Origin: an uncultured Bacilli bacterium
Lineage (GTDB): Bacteria > Bacillota_I > Bacilli_A > RF39 > UBA660
Assembly (NCBI GenBank): GCA_947631155.1
Contig: CANRKG010000002.1
Location: forward strand, 12,325-76,324
Reading direction: 5' to 3'
DNA length: 64,000 nucleotides
The position numbers and the translations under genes are program-made. Shown here one piece after another: positions 1 to 11,412 of this stretch; position 1 is the first letter of the stretch; every line of letters starts with the position of its first letter. Below the pieces are notes generated by a model. The model was not told where the DNA came from, did no database searches, and saw only the letters and a list, made by a program, of their open reading frames with translations.

Positions 1-3000
1 TAAAAAAGATATTAAGTTCTATTATGACAAATGAAGATATAAAATCAGTAGACTTAATATATGGAAATAAAAAAATAGAAGAAGATATAGAAACATGGTT
101 AAAAGAAAATAGTAATGATATCTTTGGAAAGAGTTATGAAGAAGCAATCAACTATGATTTAATAGGAAAGAAATTTAATATTAAAATTAATTTAAAAAAT
201 TATAGCGATAAAAAAGATAATAATCCAGAATTATATGAATTAACCTTTACAGGAGAAAAAGTGATTATTGATACAGATAGTATATTTAATAAAGCTTTAA
301 CTCAAATAGATAATACATTGTATTTACCATCAACAGTAAATAATGGTAAAGTAGATATAAATATCAAAAATATTAAAACACCAATCTCAAGTAGTTTAAG
401 TAGTAATTTAAAAAAGATATTAAATTCTATCAGGACAAATGAAGATATAGAATCAGTAGACTTAATATATGGAAATAAAAAAATAGAAGAAGATATAGAG
501 ACCTGGTTAAAAGAAAACAGTGAGACTATTTTTGGAAAAGATTATGAAGACGTAATAAACTATGATTTAATAGGAAAGAAATTTAATATTAAAATAAATT
601 TAGAAGAATATGCAACAAAAAAGACAGAAAATCCAGAAAAATATGAACTAACCTTTACAGGTGCAAAAGAGATTGTTGATACAGATAAAATTATAACAGA
701 AGCATTAACAAAAATAGATACAAGTATTTATAATCCATCAGCTTTAGAAACAGGAAAAATAAATATAAATATTTTAAAAATAAAAGCATTAATAAAAGAA
801 AGTTTAAGCAGTAATTTAAATCAGATATTAAATTCTATCATGACAAATAAAGATATCGAATCAGTAGACTTAATATATGAAAATAAAAAAATAGAAGAAG
901 ATATAGAAACATGGTTAAAAGAAAATAGTAATGATATCTTTGGAAAAGATTATGAAGAAGTAATAAATTATGATTTAGTAGGAAAGAAATTTATTCTTAA
1001 AATTAATTTAAAAAATTATAGCGATAAAAAAGATAATAATCCAGAATTATATGAATTAACCTTTACAGGCGAAAAAGAGATTATTGATACAGATAAACTT
1101 ATAGATCAAGCTATAAATTTATTAGATAGTGAATTATATCAAGGAACTAGAAATAATGGAGAAGTAACAATTGATATAAAAAATAAAAAAGCATCAATAG
1201 TATCAGGAGCAGGTTTAAATATAATAAATATTCTCAATTCATTAATAGAAACAGAAGGCGTTATAGGAGTCAACTTTTCATATGAATTAGAAATAGGAAA
1301 AATAATTACATTTGAATATATAGAAAATACAAGTTATAGTGAAATGAAAAAATGGCTAGAAGAAAATGGAATATCAATATTTGGAACACCATATAATAAA
1401 GCGACAAATGCAGATATTATAGGAAAAAGTTTTAAATTAACAATAGAGTTAGATGAATATACCAAAAAAATGCCAGAAAATGCAGAAGAATATAAGCTTT
1501 CTTTTACAGGAGCAAAAGAAATAGTTGATACAGATAAAATAATGAAAGAAGCTCTAACAAAAATAGATACAAATATATATGAATTAACAGAATTAAAAGC
1601 AGGTAAAGTAAACTTAAATATAAAGAATATAAAAGCATTAATAAAAGAAAATTTAAGTAGTAATTTAAATAAGATATTAAGTTCTATTATGACAAATGAA
1701 GATATAGAATCAGTAGACTTAATATATGAAAATAGAAAAATAGAAGATATAGAAGCATGGTTAAAAGAAAATAGTAATAATATCTTTGGAAAGAGTTATG
1801 AAGAAGCAATCAACTATGATTTAATAGGAAAGAAATTTAATATTAAAATTAATTTATCAGAATATACAGTTAAAAAGACAGAAAATCCAGAAGAATATGA
1901 AATCTTATTTAATGGTGATAAAATTTCTGTTAATACGGATACACTATTAAAAGATTCAGTTGAAAAAATTGATAAAAAAATATATACAAATACGCAAGTA
2001 AATAATAGCATTCTAACTATAATAGTAAAAGATATTGACATGGATATTATTAATGGTATTGGATTAGGATTATTAAAAAATTTAAGTGAATTAGCAACTA
2101 ATAGTGAATACATTCAATCGATTGATTTTAGATCTATTGATAATAGTAAAAATGTTTTATCAATTACTAAAGATACAACCCAAGACAATATAGAGGCATG
2201 GTTAAAAGAAAATAGTAAGGAATTATTTAATAAGGTTTATACTAATAGTGATGTTACTTTTGTAGATGCTATAAATAAAGAATTTACCATTTCAATTAAT
2301 TTATACCCATTATATAAAAATGAGGCTAGTAGTTTTGAGTATAGGATTGTGTTTAAACCTACAGAATATAATGTTACATTTGATTATAATGATTCTATGA
2401 CACCAAATACAGTCAAAAAAGTTAGTGATGGTTCTATGGTTGAAATTCCTACAGAACCAACAAGAGAAGGATATAAATTTATAGGATGGTATGAAGAAAA
2501 TGCTATTTTAGAGTTTGACTTTAATCGAAGGATAAAGGAAGATATTAAGTTAGTGGCTCATTGGGTACTTATTTTCAATAAGAAAAATTATATTTTGGAT
2601 AAATTAATGAGTGAAAAAAATAAATTTACAACTATATATGATGATAATACAGATATATTAAATGTTACCATTATTAAACCAAAAGAAAGTATAGATTCAA
2701 TCGGACTTTATGATGATATAAAAAGACTTCTACAGAAAAAAGAAGTGGAATCTATTACAATAACGCATAACTCTAAAGATTATATATTTAAAGATTCTAA
2801 TACAGTTCAAAATAAGCTGGATGATTTTTACAATGATATTAGTAGTAGTACTGGTAAAACTTTGAAATCTTTAAAAAATCAGAACTTTAATATAAAGATT
2901 ATAGTTAATTCTGACGGAGATGGATTTAATACAAATACTAAAACGGAAATAGTATATAAAATTTACTTTAAAATTTTACAACATAAAGTTACATTTAATT

Positions 3001-5651
3001 ATGATGATGGTCGTGAAAATAAAGTAGTACTAGTTGATAATTATGATAAAATATCATATGAAACACCAACAAGAGAAGGATATAAATTTATAGGATGGTA
3101 TCAAAATTCAACAATATTTAATTTTTCTGAAGAAATTACTAATGATATTACTTTAATAGCTCATTGGAGTAAACAACATAGAGTAACTTTTGATTATGGT
3201 TACGATAATAAATCTGAGATGAAATTAGTTGATGACAATTCCACAATAACAGGAAATACTTTAACAAGAGATGGTTATAAATTTATGGGATGGTATAAAG
3301 ATGGAGAAGAGACACCATTTGATTTTAAAACACCTATAACTGAAGATCTTACGTTAACAGCCCATTGGTCTTCAACACTATCAGATGCTGAATTAAAATC
3401 AGTAGAAAAAGCTTCAGCTGAAGCACTTGAGACTATTAATAATAATGGTATAATTAATGTTAAAGTTGATCAGACAAATAATATTATAACTATTAATTAT
3501 TATGATTCTGAACCTGGTTATAATGGTGGATTAGATGATGGTATTATGTATATTTTAACTGGTAGTAAGGCACATAAAGCTTTATATAATTTCTTAAATA
3601 ATCAATATGTTGATTCAATAGAGCTTTATTTAGATGGAATGGATTCAGTAAAGGTAACTGCTGACATGATAAAAGATTATGATTCTATGGCTGAAAGTGC
3701 TAGTAAATTCTTAAAACCATTTGAAGATGCAACTGGACTAGATCCTTTAGAAATGACTTATAAAGATTTAATTGACATGAAAAAAGAAGTAAAAGTAAAA
3801 ATAAATTTAGTAGATGGTAAAGCATTTGAAAATGAAGAAGATGCAGTATATACATTTAAATATACAAATATTCCTTTAGATGTTAAAGTTACAAATTATA
3901 ATGTTACATTTGATTATAATGATGGAACAAATGCTGTTATTACTAAAATAATAACTGATGGTTCAACAGTAACAGCACCAGCAGAGCCACAACGTGAAGG
4001 ATATAAATTTGCAGGATGGTATGAAGATAAATCAATACTACCATTTGATTTTTCAATGAAAATAACGAAAGATACTAAATTAATAGCTCATTGGGTTTTA
4101 GTAACAAAAGAAGAAGATTATATACTATATTCTAATGTAAAAGAAAATGATATCTATTCATCATATTATAGCAGTATAAATAACGCGGTAAAGGTAACTA
4201 TTATTCAACCAAATAGTGATATATCAGCAATTGATTTGGTTAAAAACATTAAACAATTAGTTCAAAGACAAGAAGTAAAATCTGTTACTATGAAATATAA
4301 TAATTATGAATATGTATTTTCTTATAACAAATCATTAGATGATAATATTAATAAATTTTTAGTTGACATAACAGAAAAAGAATTATCTAAACAATTAAAA
4401 GATTTAAAAGAAAAAGAAATTCAAGTTACAGTATCTATTGATCCTAATGTTAGTCAATTAAATACTACTAGTAGTACAGAAATAAGATATTCAATAAATT
4501 TTAAAGTTTTACAACAACAAATAATATTAAAGTATAATAATAACCAATCAAATGAAACTATTATTGTTGATAACTATAGTACAATATATGAAAAAATTCC
4601 TAAAAGAACTGGTTATAGATTTTTGGGTTGGTATTTAGAAGGAACAAATACAAAATTTGACTTTGACACTAAAATCACAAAAACGACTGTTCTAGTAGCT
4701 CATTGGATTAAACAACACAAAGTAACGTTTAATTATGGTTATAATAATATGACTGAAGTGACGTTAGTTGATAATAATACTACAATTTCAAAGAGCAATC
4801 CAGTAAGAGCTGGTTACAAATTTTTAGGATGGTATAAAGCTGGAGGACAGACACCATTTGATTTAAAAACACCAATAACTGACGACATTACGTTAACAGC
4901 TCATTGGGTTAGAAAATATACTGTGACTTTTGATTTAGGATATGATAATAAAACTCATATTATTGAAATAGATGAAAACTCAAGCTTAACACCTTATAGT
5001 GTAAATCGAGTTGGTTACAAATTCTTAGGATGGTACCTAAATGATAATTTATACAATTTCAGTAGTCCAATTGATAGTGATATTGTTTTAAAAGCTAAAT
5101 GGGTAGAGATAGTTGATTTGAGTAAACAAACAGAAGCTGCTATTAAAACTATAAATGGTAATAATAGAATGGCAATTGATGTTAATCAAAATACACATAT
5201 TATAACAATTTACTGGTGGAAATCTAAAACTCAGCAGGCTGTCTTTGCTTTAGCTGGAAGTGGTGCTAGAACAGCATTAGCTAATTTTATAAATGATCCA
5301 AATGTTGCAAATGTAGAGTTGTTTTTAGAAGGTATGGATCCAGTAACTGTTACTTATGATATGGTAGAGTCAACTGATGCTTTAGATAGAAATAGTCAAA
5401 AATTTATGCAACCATTTTTAGATGCGACAGGTTTTGATAATATATGGAGAATATTTATGATAGACTTATATAATGCAATGCAAACCAAAAATATTAAAGT
5501 TAAAATTAATTTAGTTGAAGGTAAGACTTTTGAAAAAGAAGAAGATGCATATTATACTTTTGCACTTGTTTTAGATAATCCACCAGAATCTAAAACTACT
5601 TCTATTAAAAATAATTTTAATGTTTCTCTAAAGGGATTAAATTTTAATTAA
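1..5651 (+). CDS. Very large repeat-rich secreted/surface protein, 5'-truncated by the window edge; the C-terminal half carries Listeria-Bacteroides (InlB B-repeat / Flg_new-like) modules
   Basis: Frame 3 is open from nt 3. Nt 6-26 (KILSSIM) are identical to nt 1671-1691, the sequence that precedes an internal repeat unit, so the ATG at 24 is internal. The N-terminal half is tandem ~136-aa units (TNEDIxSVDLIYxNKKIEEDIETWLKENS...). Seven modules carry the signature xVTF(D/N)Y...REGYKFxGWY...AHW. Stop TAA at 5649-5651. No LPXTG-type anchor at the C-terminus. Confidence 0.85.
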   Translation, partial: KKILSSIMTNEDIKSVDLIYGNKKIEEDIETWLKENSNDIFGKSYEEAINYDLIGKKFNIKINLKNYSDKKDNNPELYELTFTGEKVIIDTDSIFNKALTQIDNTLYLPSTVNNGKVDINIKNIKTPISSSLSSNLKKILNSIRTNEDIESVDLIYGNKKIEEDIETWLKENSETIFGKDYEDVINYDLIGKKFNIKINLEEYATKKTENPEKYELTFTGAKEIVDTDKIITEALTKIDTSIYNPSALETGKININILKIKALIKESLSSNLNQILNSIMTNKDIESVDLIYENKKIEEDIETWLKENSNDIFGKDYEEVINYDLVGKKFILKINLKNYSDKKDNNPELYELTFTGEKEIIDTDKLIDQAINLLDSELYQGTRNNGEVTIDIKNKKASIVSGAGLNIINILNSLIETEGVIGVNFSYELEIGKIITFEYIENTSYSEMKKWLEENGISIFGTPYNKATNADIIGKSFKLTIELDEYTKKMPENAEEYKLSFTGAKEIVDTDKIMKEALTKIDTNIYELTELKAGKVNLNIKNIKALIKENLSSNLNKILSSIMTNEDIESVDLIYENRKIEDIEAWLKENSNNIFGKSYEEAINYDLIGKKFNIKINLSEYTVKKTENPEEYEILFNGDKISVNTDTLLKDSVEKIDKKIYTNTQVNNSILTIIVKDIDMDIINGIGLGLLKNLSELATNSEYIQSIDFRSIDNSKNVLSITKDTTQDNIEAWLKENSKELFNKVYTNSDVTFVDAINKEFTISINLYPLYKNEASSFEYRIVFKPTEYNVTFDYNDSMTPNTVKKVSDGSMVEIPTEPTREGYKFIGWYEENAILEFDFNRRIKEDIKLVAHWVLIFNKKNYILDKLMSEKNKFTTIYDDNTDILNVTIIKPKESIDSIGLYDDIKRLLQKKEVESITITHNSKDYIFKDSNTVQNKLDDFYNDISSSTGKTLKSLKNQNFNIKIIVNSDGDGFNTNTKTEIVYKIYFKILQHKVTFNYDDGRENKVVLVDNYDKISYETPTREGYKFIGWYQNSTIFNFSEEITNDITLIAHWSKQHRVTFDYGYDNKSEMKLVDDNSTITGNTLTRDGYKFMGWYKDGEETPFDFKTPITEDLTLTAHWSSTLSDAELKSVEKASAEALETINNNGIINVKVDQTNNIITINYYDSEPGYNGGLDDGIMYILTGSKAHKALYNFLNNQYVDSIELYLDGMDSVKVTADMIKDYDSMAESASKFLKPFEDATGLDPLEMTYKDLIDMKKEVKVKINLVDGKAFENEEDAVYTFKYTNIPLDVKVTNYNVTFDYNDGTNAVITKIITDGSTVTAPAEPQREGYKFAGWYEDKSILPFDFSMKITKDTKLIAHWVLVTKEEDYILYSNVKENDIYSSYYSSINNAVKVTIIQPNSDISAIDLVKNIKQLVQRQEVKSVTMKYNNYEYVFSYNKSLDDNINKFLVDITEKELSKQLKDLKEKEIQVTVSIDPNVSQLNTTSSTEIRYSINFKVLQQQIILKYNNNQSNETIIVDNYSTIYEKIPKRTGYRFLGWYLEGTNTKFDFDTKITKTTVLVAHWIKQHKVTFNYGYNNMTEVTLVDNNTTISKSNPVRAGYKFLGWYKAGGQTPFDLKTPITDDITLTAHWVRKYTVTFDLGYDNKTHIIEIDENSSLTPYSVNRVGYKFLGWYLNDNLYNFSSPIDSDIVLKAKWVEIVDLSKQTEAAIKTINGNNRMAIDVNQNTHIITIYWWKSKTQQAVFALAGSGARTALANFINDPNVANVELFLEGMDPVTVTYDMVESTDALDRNSQKFMQPFLDATGFDNIWRIFMIDLYNAMQTKNIKVKINLVEGKTFEKEEDAYYTFALVLDNPPESKTTSIKNNFNVSLKGLNFN
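24..2100 (+). repeat. In-frame tandem repeat array (~408 bp / ~136 aa per unit) inside the giant CDS
   Basis: The ACA codon of TNEDI recurs at nt 27, 435, 843 and 1692. A diverged unit lies at ~1250-1690 and a degenerate one at ~2100-2360. Long stretches are identical or near-identical at DNA level (about 118-195 vs 1779-1856; about 61-250 vs 877-1075). Confidence 0.85.
2366..5570 (+). repeat. Two-fold ~1.5-1.7 kb super-repeat of the giant CDS (B-repeat module, ~135-aa spacer domain, 2-3 B-repeat modules, ~170-aa terminal domain)
   Basis: Block 1 (~2366-3893) and block 2 (~3896-5570) are collinear at protein level. Both start YNVTFDYND. Both have spacer domains ending (Y)KIYFKIL / SINFKVL. 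Both end in a domain with xKVKINLVxGKxFExEEDAxYTF. Confidence 0.75.
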
Positions 5652-5741
5652 TTTAATCTCTTTTATATTTAATATTCAATTTTTCTTTTTTGATTTGTTA
5701 TTTGGTATTAAGCGTGGTAAAATAAATATGGAAGTGATTAT

Positions 5742-6296
5742 ATGTATGATTATATAATTGGAATAGTTTCTGATATTAATTTTAATAGTATTGTTGTTGA
5801 AGTTAATAATATAGGTTATTTAGTATATGTATCTAACCCCTTTTTTTATCAAGAAGGAAATGAATATAAAGTCTATTTATATCAACAAATAAAAGAAGAT
5901 GATAATTCTCTATTTGGATTTAAGAATAAGGAAGAAAAAGAATTATTTTTACAATTAATTGCTGTAAAAGGCTTAGGTTGTAAAATGGCACTTCCGATGT
6001 TTGCAACAGGTTCGACTACACAGATTATTGATGCTATTGAAAAAGAAAATATTTCATATTTGAAAAAATTTCCTAAAATAGGAGATAAATTAGCTAGACA
6101 AATAATATTAGATTTAAAAGGAAAACTTGCTTCTTCTGATAATAATATTAATAATGATAGTCAAGATGAATTAATAGAAGTTTTAAAAGGTCTTGGTTAC
6201 AAAGAAAAAGAAATAAAAAATGTTGTATGCAAAATAGACTCATCACTAGCTATTGAAAAACAAGTAAAAGAAGCATTAAAATTATTTCTAAAATAA
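5742..6296 (+). CDS. ruvA: Holliday junction branch migration complex subunit RuvA
   Basis: N-terminus MYDYIxG...NNIGYLVYV, an HhH region (KGLGCKMA, FPKIGDKLARQI), a RuvA-length product, and it sits directly upstream of ruvB. Confidence 0.93.
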   Translation: MYDYIIGIVSDINFNSIVVEVNNIGYLVYVSNPFFYQEGNEYKVYLYQQIKEDDNSLFGFKNKEEKELFLQLIAVKGLGCKMALPMFATGSTTQIIDAIEKENISYLKKFPKIGDKLARQIILDLKGKLASSDNNINNDSQDELIEVLKGLGYKEKEIKNVVCKIDSSLAIEKQVKEALKLFLK

Positions 6297-6324
6297 TTAA
6301 TAATTTAAATTTGGAGGAAAAATT

Positions 6325-7332
6325 ATGTCAGCTAAAGAAAGTATTTTAAGAAATGTAGAAGTTGAAGATGATGGTGTTTTAGATAATTCTATTAGACCAG
6401 AAGTATTAGAAGAATATATTGGACAAGAAGATGTTAAAGAAAATATTAAAGTTTTTATAGAAGCCGCTAAAATTCGTGGAGAAGTGTTAGATCATGTTTT
6501 ATTATATGGTCCTCCTGGTTTAGGAAAAACAACTTTAGCTTATATTATTGCTAACGAGATGAATGCTAGTATTAAAACGGCTAGTGGTCCTAGTATTGAA
6601 AAATCTGGAGATTTAGCTGCTATTTTATCTACTTTAGAAGCAGGTGATGTTTTATTTATAGATGAAATTCATCGTATGCCAAAATTTATTGAAGAAATTT
6701 TATATCCAGCTATGGAAGATTTTACTTTAGATATAATAGTAGGTAGTGATGGTAATAGTAGAAATATTAAAATAGATTTACCACCATTTACTTTAGTTGG
6801 AGCAACTACTAGAGCTGGAGATTTAACATCGCCATTACGTGATAGATTTGGGATTATTGCTAAATTACAGTTTTATAAGGAAGATGAATTAAAACGTATT
6901 ATCAAAAGAAGTGCGCACGTATTAAATACCAAAATATCTGATGCTGCTGCCATTGAATTAGCTAGACGTAGTAGAGGAACACCCAGAATTGCTAATCGAC
7001 TTTTAAAAAGAGTTAGAGATTTTGCTTTAGTAAATAATAATTCTATTATTGATGAAGATATAACTCGTCATGCTTTAGATCGTTTAAAAGTTGATAAACT
7101 AGGTTTAGATGATATTGATCATCAATTACTTTTAACTATTATTAATAAATTTAATGGTGGACCAGTAGGAGTAGATGCAATTAGTAGTACAATTGGTGAA
7201 GAAGTGGGTACTATTGAAGATGTTTATGAACCTTATTTATTACAACAGGGATTTATAAAGCGAACAACTAGAGGTAGAATTGTGACAGAATTAGGATACC
7301 AAGCTATGGGAATTGATTATCCTACTAATTAA
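6325..7332 (+). CDS. ruvB: Holliday junction DNA helicase RuvB
   Basis: Walker [12 protein letters not shown], Walker B LFIDEIHR, sensor GATTRAG. GGAGG RBS 7 nt upstream. Confidence 0.97.
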   Translation: MSAKESILRNVEVEDDGVLDNSIRPEVLEEYIGQEDVKENIKVFIEAAKIRGEVLDHVLLYGPPGLGKTTLAYIIANEMNASIKTASGPSIEKSGDLAAILSTLEAGDVLFIDEIHRMPKFIEEILYPAMEDFTLDIIVGSDGNSRNIKIDLPPFTLVGATTRAGDLTSPLRDRFGIIAKLQFYKEDELKRIIKRSAHVLNTKISDAAAIELARRSRGTPRIANRLLKRVRDFALVNNNSIIDEDITRHALDRLKVDKLGLDDIDHQLLLTIINKFNGGPVGVDAISSTIGEEVGTIEDVYEPYLLQQGFIKRTTRGRIVTELGYQAMGIDYPTN

Positions 7333-7350
7333 GTTATTAAGAGGTGTAGT

Positions 7351-8376
7351 ATGAAAACAGAAGATTTTAATTATGATTTGCCAGAAGAATTAATTGCTCA
7401 AACTCCATTAAAGAAACGAGATTCTTCTAGATTATTAGTACTAGATAAAAAAACAGGAGAAATTGATCATAAAGTTTTTACTAATATTCTTGATTATTTA
7501 GATAAGGGTGATACTTTAGTTTTAAATAATACCAAAGTATTACCAGCTAGATTGATTGGTGAAAAAGAAGACACCAAAGCCGTTATTGAGATATTATTAT
7601 TAAAAAATTTTGAGAATGATGACTGGGAATGCTTAGTAAAACCAGCTAGGAGAATAAAAGAAGGAACAGTTATCTCTTTTGGAAATGGACTTCTAAAAGC
7701 AAAATGCATTAAAGTATTAGATCAGGGAATTAGACATTTTAGATTGTTGTATGAAGGTATTTTATATGAAATATTAGATAAATTGGGAACAATGCCATTA
7801 CCACCATATATTCATGAACAATTAAAAGATCAATCTCGTTATCAAACTGTTTATGCTAAGGAAATAGGTAGTGCTGCCGCTCCTACAGCGGGCTTACATT
7901 TTACAGAAGAATTATTAAAAACAATAGAAGCTAAAGGTGTAAATGTTTGCTATATAACTTTACATGTTGGCTTAGGAACTTTTAGACCTGTTACAGTTGA
8001 AGATGTAAAAATGCATAAAATGCATAGTGAATATTATCAAGTTGATGAAAATGTAGCCAAAATTTTAACTGCTACCAAAAATTCTGGACATAAAATAGTG
8101 GCAGTAGGTACTACAACTACTAGAACTTTAGAAACAATTATGAAAACTTATCATGAATTTAGAAAAGCTAGTGGTTGGACTGATATTTTTATTTATCCAG
8201 GTTATAAATTTCAAGCAATTGATTGTTTAATTACTAATTTTCATTTACCAAAATCAACTTTGTTAATGTTAGTATCTGCTTTAGCCGGAAAAGAAAATAT
8301 TTTAAAAGCTTATAAAATTGCTGTTAAAGAAAAGTATCGTTTCTTTTCCTTTGGTGATGCAATGTTAATAAAATAA
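7351..8376 (+). CDS. queA: S-adenosylmethionine:tRNA ribosyltransferase-isomerase
   Basis: [35 protein letters not shown] and [11 protein letters not shown] are hallmark QueA motifs. Confidence 0.96.
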   Translation: MKTEDFNYDLPEELIAQTPLKKRDSSRLLVLDKKTGEIDHKVFTNILDYLDKGDTLVLNNTKVLPARLIGEKEDTKAVIEILLLKNFENDDWECLVKPARRIKEGTVISFGNGLLKAKCIKVLDQGIRHFRLLYEGILYEILDKLGTMPLPPYIHEQLKDQSRYQTVYAKEIGSAAAPTAGLHFTEELLKTIEAKGVNVCYITLHVGLGTFRPVTVEDVKMHKMHSEYYQVDENVAKILTATKNSGHKIVAVGTTTTRTLETIMKTYHEFRKASGWTDIFIYPGYKFQAIDCLITNFHLPKSTLLMLVSALAGKENILKAYKIAVKEKYRFFSFGDAMLIK

Positions 8377-8409
8377 ATATTAAATTCTAAGATAAGTGAG
8401 GTGATAACT

Positions 8410-9285
8410 ATGATTATAATAGATGATAGTTATAAACAAATTTCAGCTTATACTCGAGGAAGAAAAGAAAAAGAATGGTTAGAAAAAGACAATAAACGTT
8501 ATTTATATAAATTTGGTGCCAGTAATTATGAAATTTTTGCTGAAACTATAGCGGAACAACTTGGAAAACAAGTAGGAATTAATATGGCTAGTTATAAAAT
8601 TGCCAAAATGAAGAACAGTTATGGAGTTATAACAGAAAGTTTTTTAAAACCGGGGGAGTTAATTATATCTTCTGATAAATTAAAATTAGCAGTTCAATCA
8701 ATTTATGAAGAAAATAATTTAACAGGTAATTTAAAAGCTAATACTATCTCTAATTTAGTTGAAGCAGCCTTTACGTATGATAGTACAATTAATAGTTCAG
8801 CTTTATTCGATGAATTAATTAAAAGATGGATGTTTTCTGGTCTAATAATGGAAAGTGATAAAAACGATACCAATATTAGTTTTATTAAAAGTGAAAATAA
8901 ATTAAAGTTATCACCAGACTATGATAATTCAACTATGTGTCGTCTAAATGAGAATGTTGAAAATTTAGTATCTAAAGTTAGAAGTAATGCTGATATGTAT
9001 AAGTTAACAGATGGTATTCAAAATGCTTTAAAACCAACAGAAAGAAATAGTGATAATTTTTTAGTAGCATTTCAAGAATTTTCTGAAAAATATCCAGAAA
9101 AAGCTATTCAAATTTTTTCAAAATTTGAATCTATTAACGTTAATAATGCAATTAAGACAGTAGAACAAATTAATGAAGTTAACGTTCCCTGGGCAGTATC
9201 TTATTTTGTTGAAAAGGCTATTAACTTAAGATATATTGATATGAAAAATATTATAAACAGATATAGTAAAAGTATTCATAAATAA
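8410..9285 (+). CDS. Hypothetical protein, possible HipA_C-like kinase fold
   Basis: ATG 8410 follows GTGAGGTG with good spacing (the ORF track starts at GTG 8401). Motifs RYLYKFG, EIFAETIAEQLG..GINMASY and ESDKNDTNISFI loosely resemble HipA_C family blocks. No search was run. Confidence 0.6.
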   Translation: MIIIDDSYKQISAYTRGRKEKEWLEKDNKRYLYKFGASNYEIFAETIAEQLGKQVGINMASYKIAKMKNSYGVITESFLKPGELIISSDKLKLAVQSIYEENNLTGNLKANTISNLVEAAFTYDSTINSSALFDELIKRWMFSGLIMESDKNDTNISFIKSENKLKLSPDYDNSTMCRLNENVENLVSKVRSNADMYKLTDGIQNALKPTERNSDNFLVAFQEFSEKYPEKAIQIFSKFESINVNNAIKTVEQINEVNVPWAVSYFVEKAINLRYIDMKNIINRYSKSIHK

Positions 9286-9307
9286 AAATTATTTTTATTT
9301 ATACTGA

Positions 9308-10468
<1,161 letters not shown>

Positions 10469-10470
<2 letters not shown>

Positions 10471-11086
10471 AAAATGCTCGATATAAACCAACTGCTTTAC
10501 CTAAAATAGTAACTTCTTTCAAAATGATAGGATCCATAGTATCATTTTCAGGTTGTAATCTAAAATAACCATCTTCTTTATAGAATGTTTTTACTGTCAC
10601 TTCATTATCTGTATTCATCGCAACTACTGTATCACCATTTTTAGCTGTAGAGCATCTTTCAACAATTAAAATATCGCCATCATAAATTCCTACATTAATC
10701 ATTGATTCACCACTAACTTTTAATGTAAAAATTTCATTTTTCTTATTTACAAGATTGGCAGGTAAAGGAAAATATTCATTAGGTGTTTCAATTGCTTCAA
10801 TAGGAGTACCTGCAGTTACTTTACCTAACAAAGGAACTTCAATAATATTTTCATTAGTTTCTAAGTATTCATTTGGAACTAATATTTCAATAGTTCTATT
10901 TTTACTATTGTCTTTTTTAATATAACCTTTTTCTTCTAACTTAGTTAAATGAAAGTGAATAGTGGCCGGAGAATGTAGATTAGCTTCTTGACCTATTTCT
11001 CTAACTGTTGGAGGATATCCATTCTTTGCTATTAGTTTTTTTACTACTTGTAATATATCTTCTTGTCTTTTAGTTAATTTTTCCAT
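10469..11086 (-). CDS. lexA: SOS transcriptional repressor LexA
   Basis: N-terminal winged HTH (LTKRQEDILQ..GYPPTVREIG), a self-cleavage region, the S24 peptidase motif VSGESM and a downstream catalytic Lys region (VTVKTF). Confidence 0.96.
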
Positions 11087-11110
11087 AACCTCACTCCTTT
11101 TATTAAAATA

Positions 11111-11149
11111 AGTTTACCATTAAAAATGTAAAATGTCAAACAAATGTTT
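11111..11149 (-). promoter_or_regulatory. Putative lexA promoter with overlapping LexA-box-like palindrome
   Basis: On the minus strand: TTGACA (plus coordinates 11134-11139), 17 nt, TAAACT (11111-11116). The palindrome AAACAAATGTTT (11138-11149) abuts the -35. It differs from the Gram-positive GAAC-N4-GTTC box at the two outermost positions only. Confidence 0.5.
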
Positions 11150-11159
11150 TAAAAATATA

Positions 11160-11188
11160 TTGACACGAACAATTGTATGATATAAAAT
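11160..11188 (+). promoter_or_regulatory. Putative promoter of the small divergent ORF with a LexA half-consensus box in the spacer
   Basis: TTGACA (11160-11165), 17 nt, TAAAAT (11183-11188). The spacer holds CGAACAATTGTATG (11166-11179): the GAAC half is perfect and the second half is GTAT instead of GTTC. Confidence 0.5.
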
Positions 11189-11217
11189 TAAATTATCAAA
11201 GAAAGGAGAGATATGTT

Positions 11218-11373
11218 ATGAAAAAAATAGTTAAGAGAGGTTTAAGTATTACTATTATTTATTTAGTTGCTGTATTATGTACTTTCTTAGTAACTGATAG
11301 AGTTAACGAATTAGATAATAAGACTGATTTACGAAATAATAATTCTTCAGTAGAAATAAAGTTTAGCCGATAA
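11218..11373 (+). CDS. Small single-pass membrane protein (51 aa) divergent from lexA; candidate SOS-induced cell-division inhibitor analogue
   Basis: ATG 11218 lies 9 nt after GGAG (11205-11208); the ORF-track start 11173 falls inside the promoter. Product: MKKIVKRGLSITIIYLVAVLCTFLV + polar tail. Confidence 0.6.
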   Translation: MKKIVKRGLSITIIYLVAVLCTFLVTDRVNELDNKTDLRNNNSSVEIKFSR

Positions 11374-11412
11374 TATAATAACTATGTTATAATAAATACT
11401 AGGTGAAGAAAA

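Noticed and set aside
1814-2113. Antisense ORFs of 60-99 aa from the ORF track. Coordinates: 1814-2113, 7494-7709, 12132-12374, 14861-15049, 15709-15957, 18633-18890, 19669-19911, 20111-20338, 31186-31410, 41015-41233, 45650-45832, 48373-48609, 52030-52245, 54012-54215, 60116-60313, 62114-62380.
   Set aside because: Each lies opposite a CDS with strong motif support. None has an RBS, and their products are low-complexity translations typical of AT-rich antisense frames.
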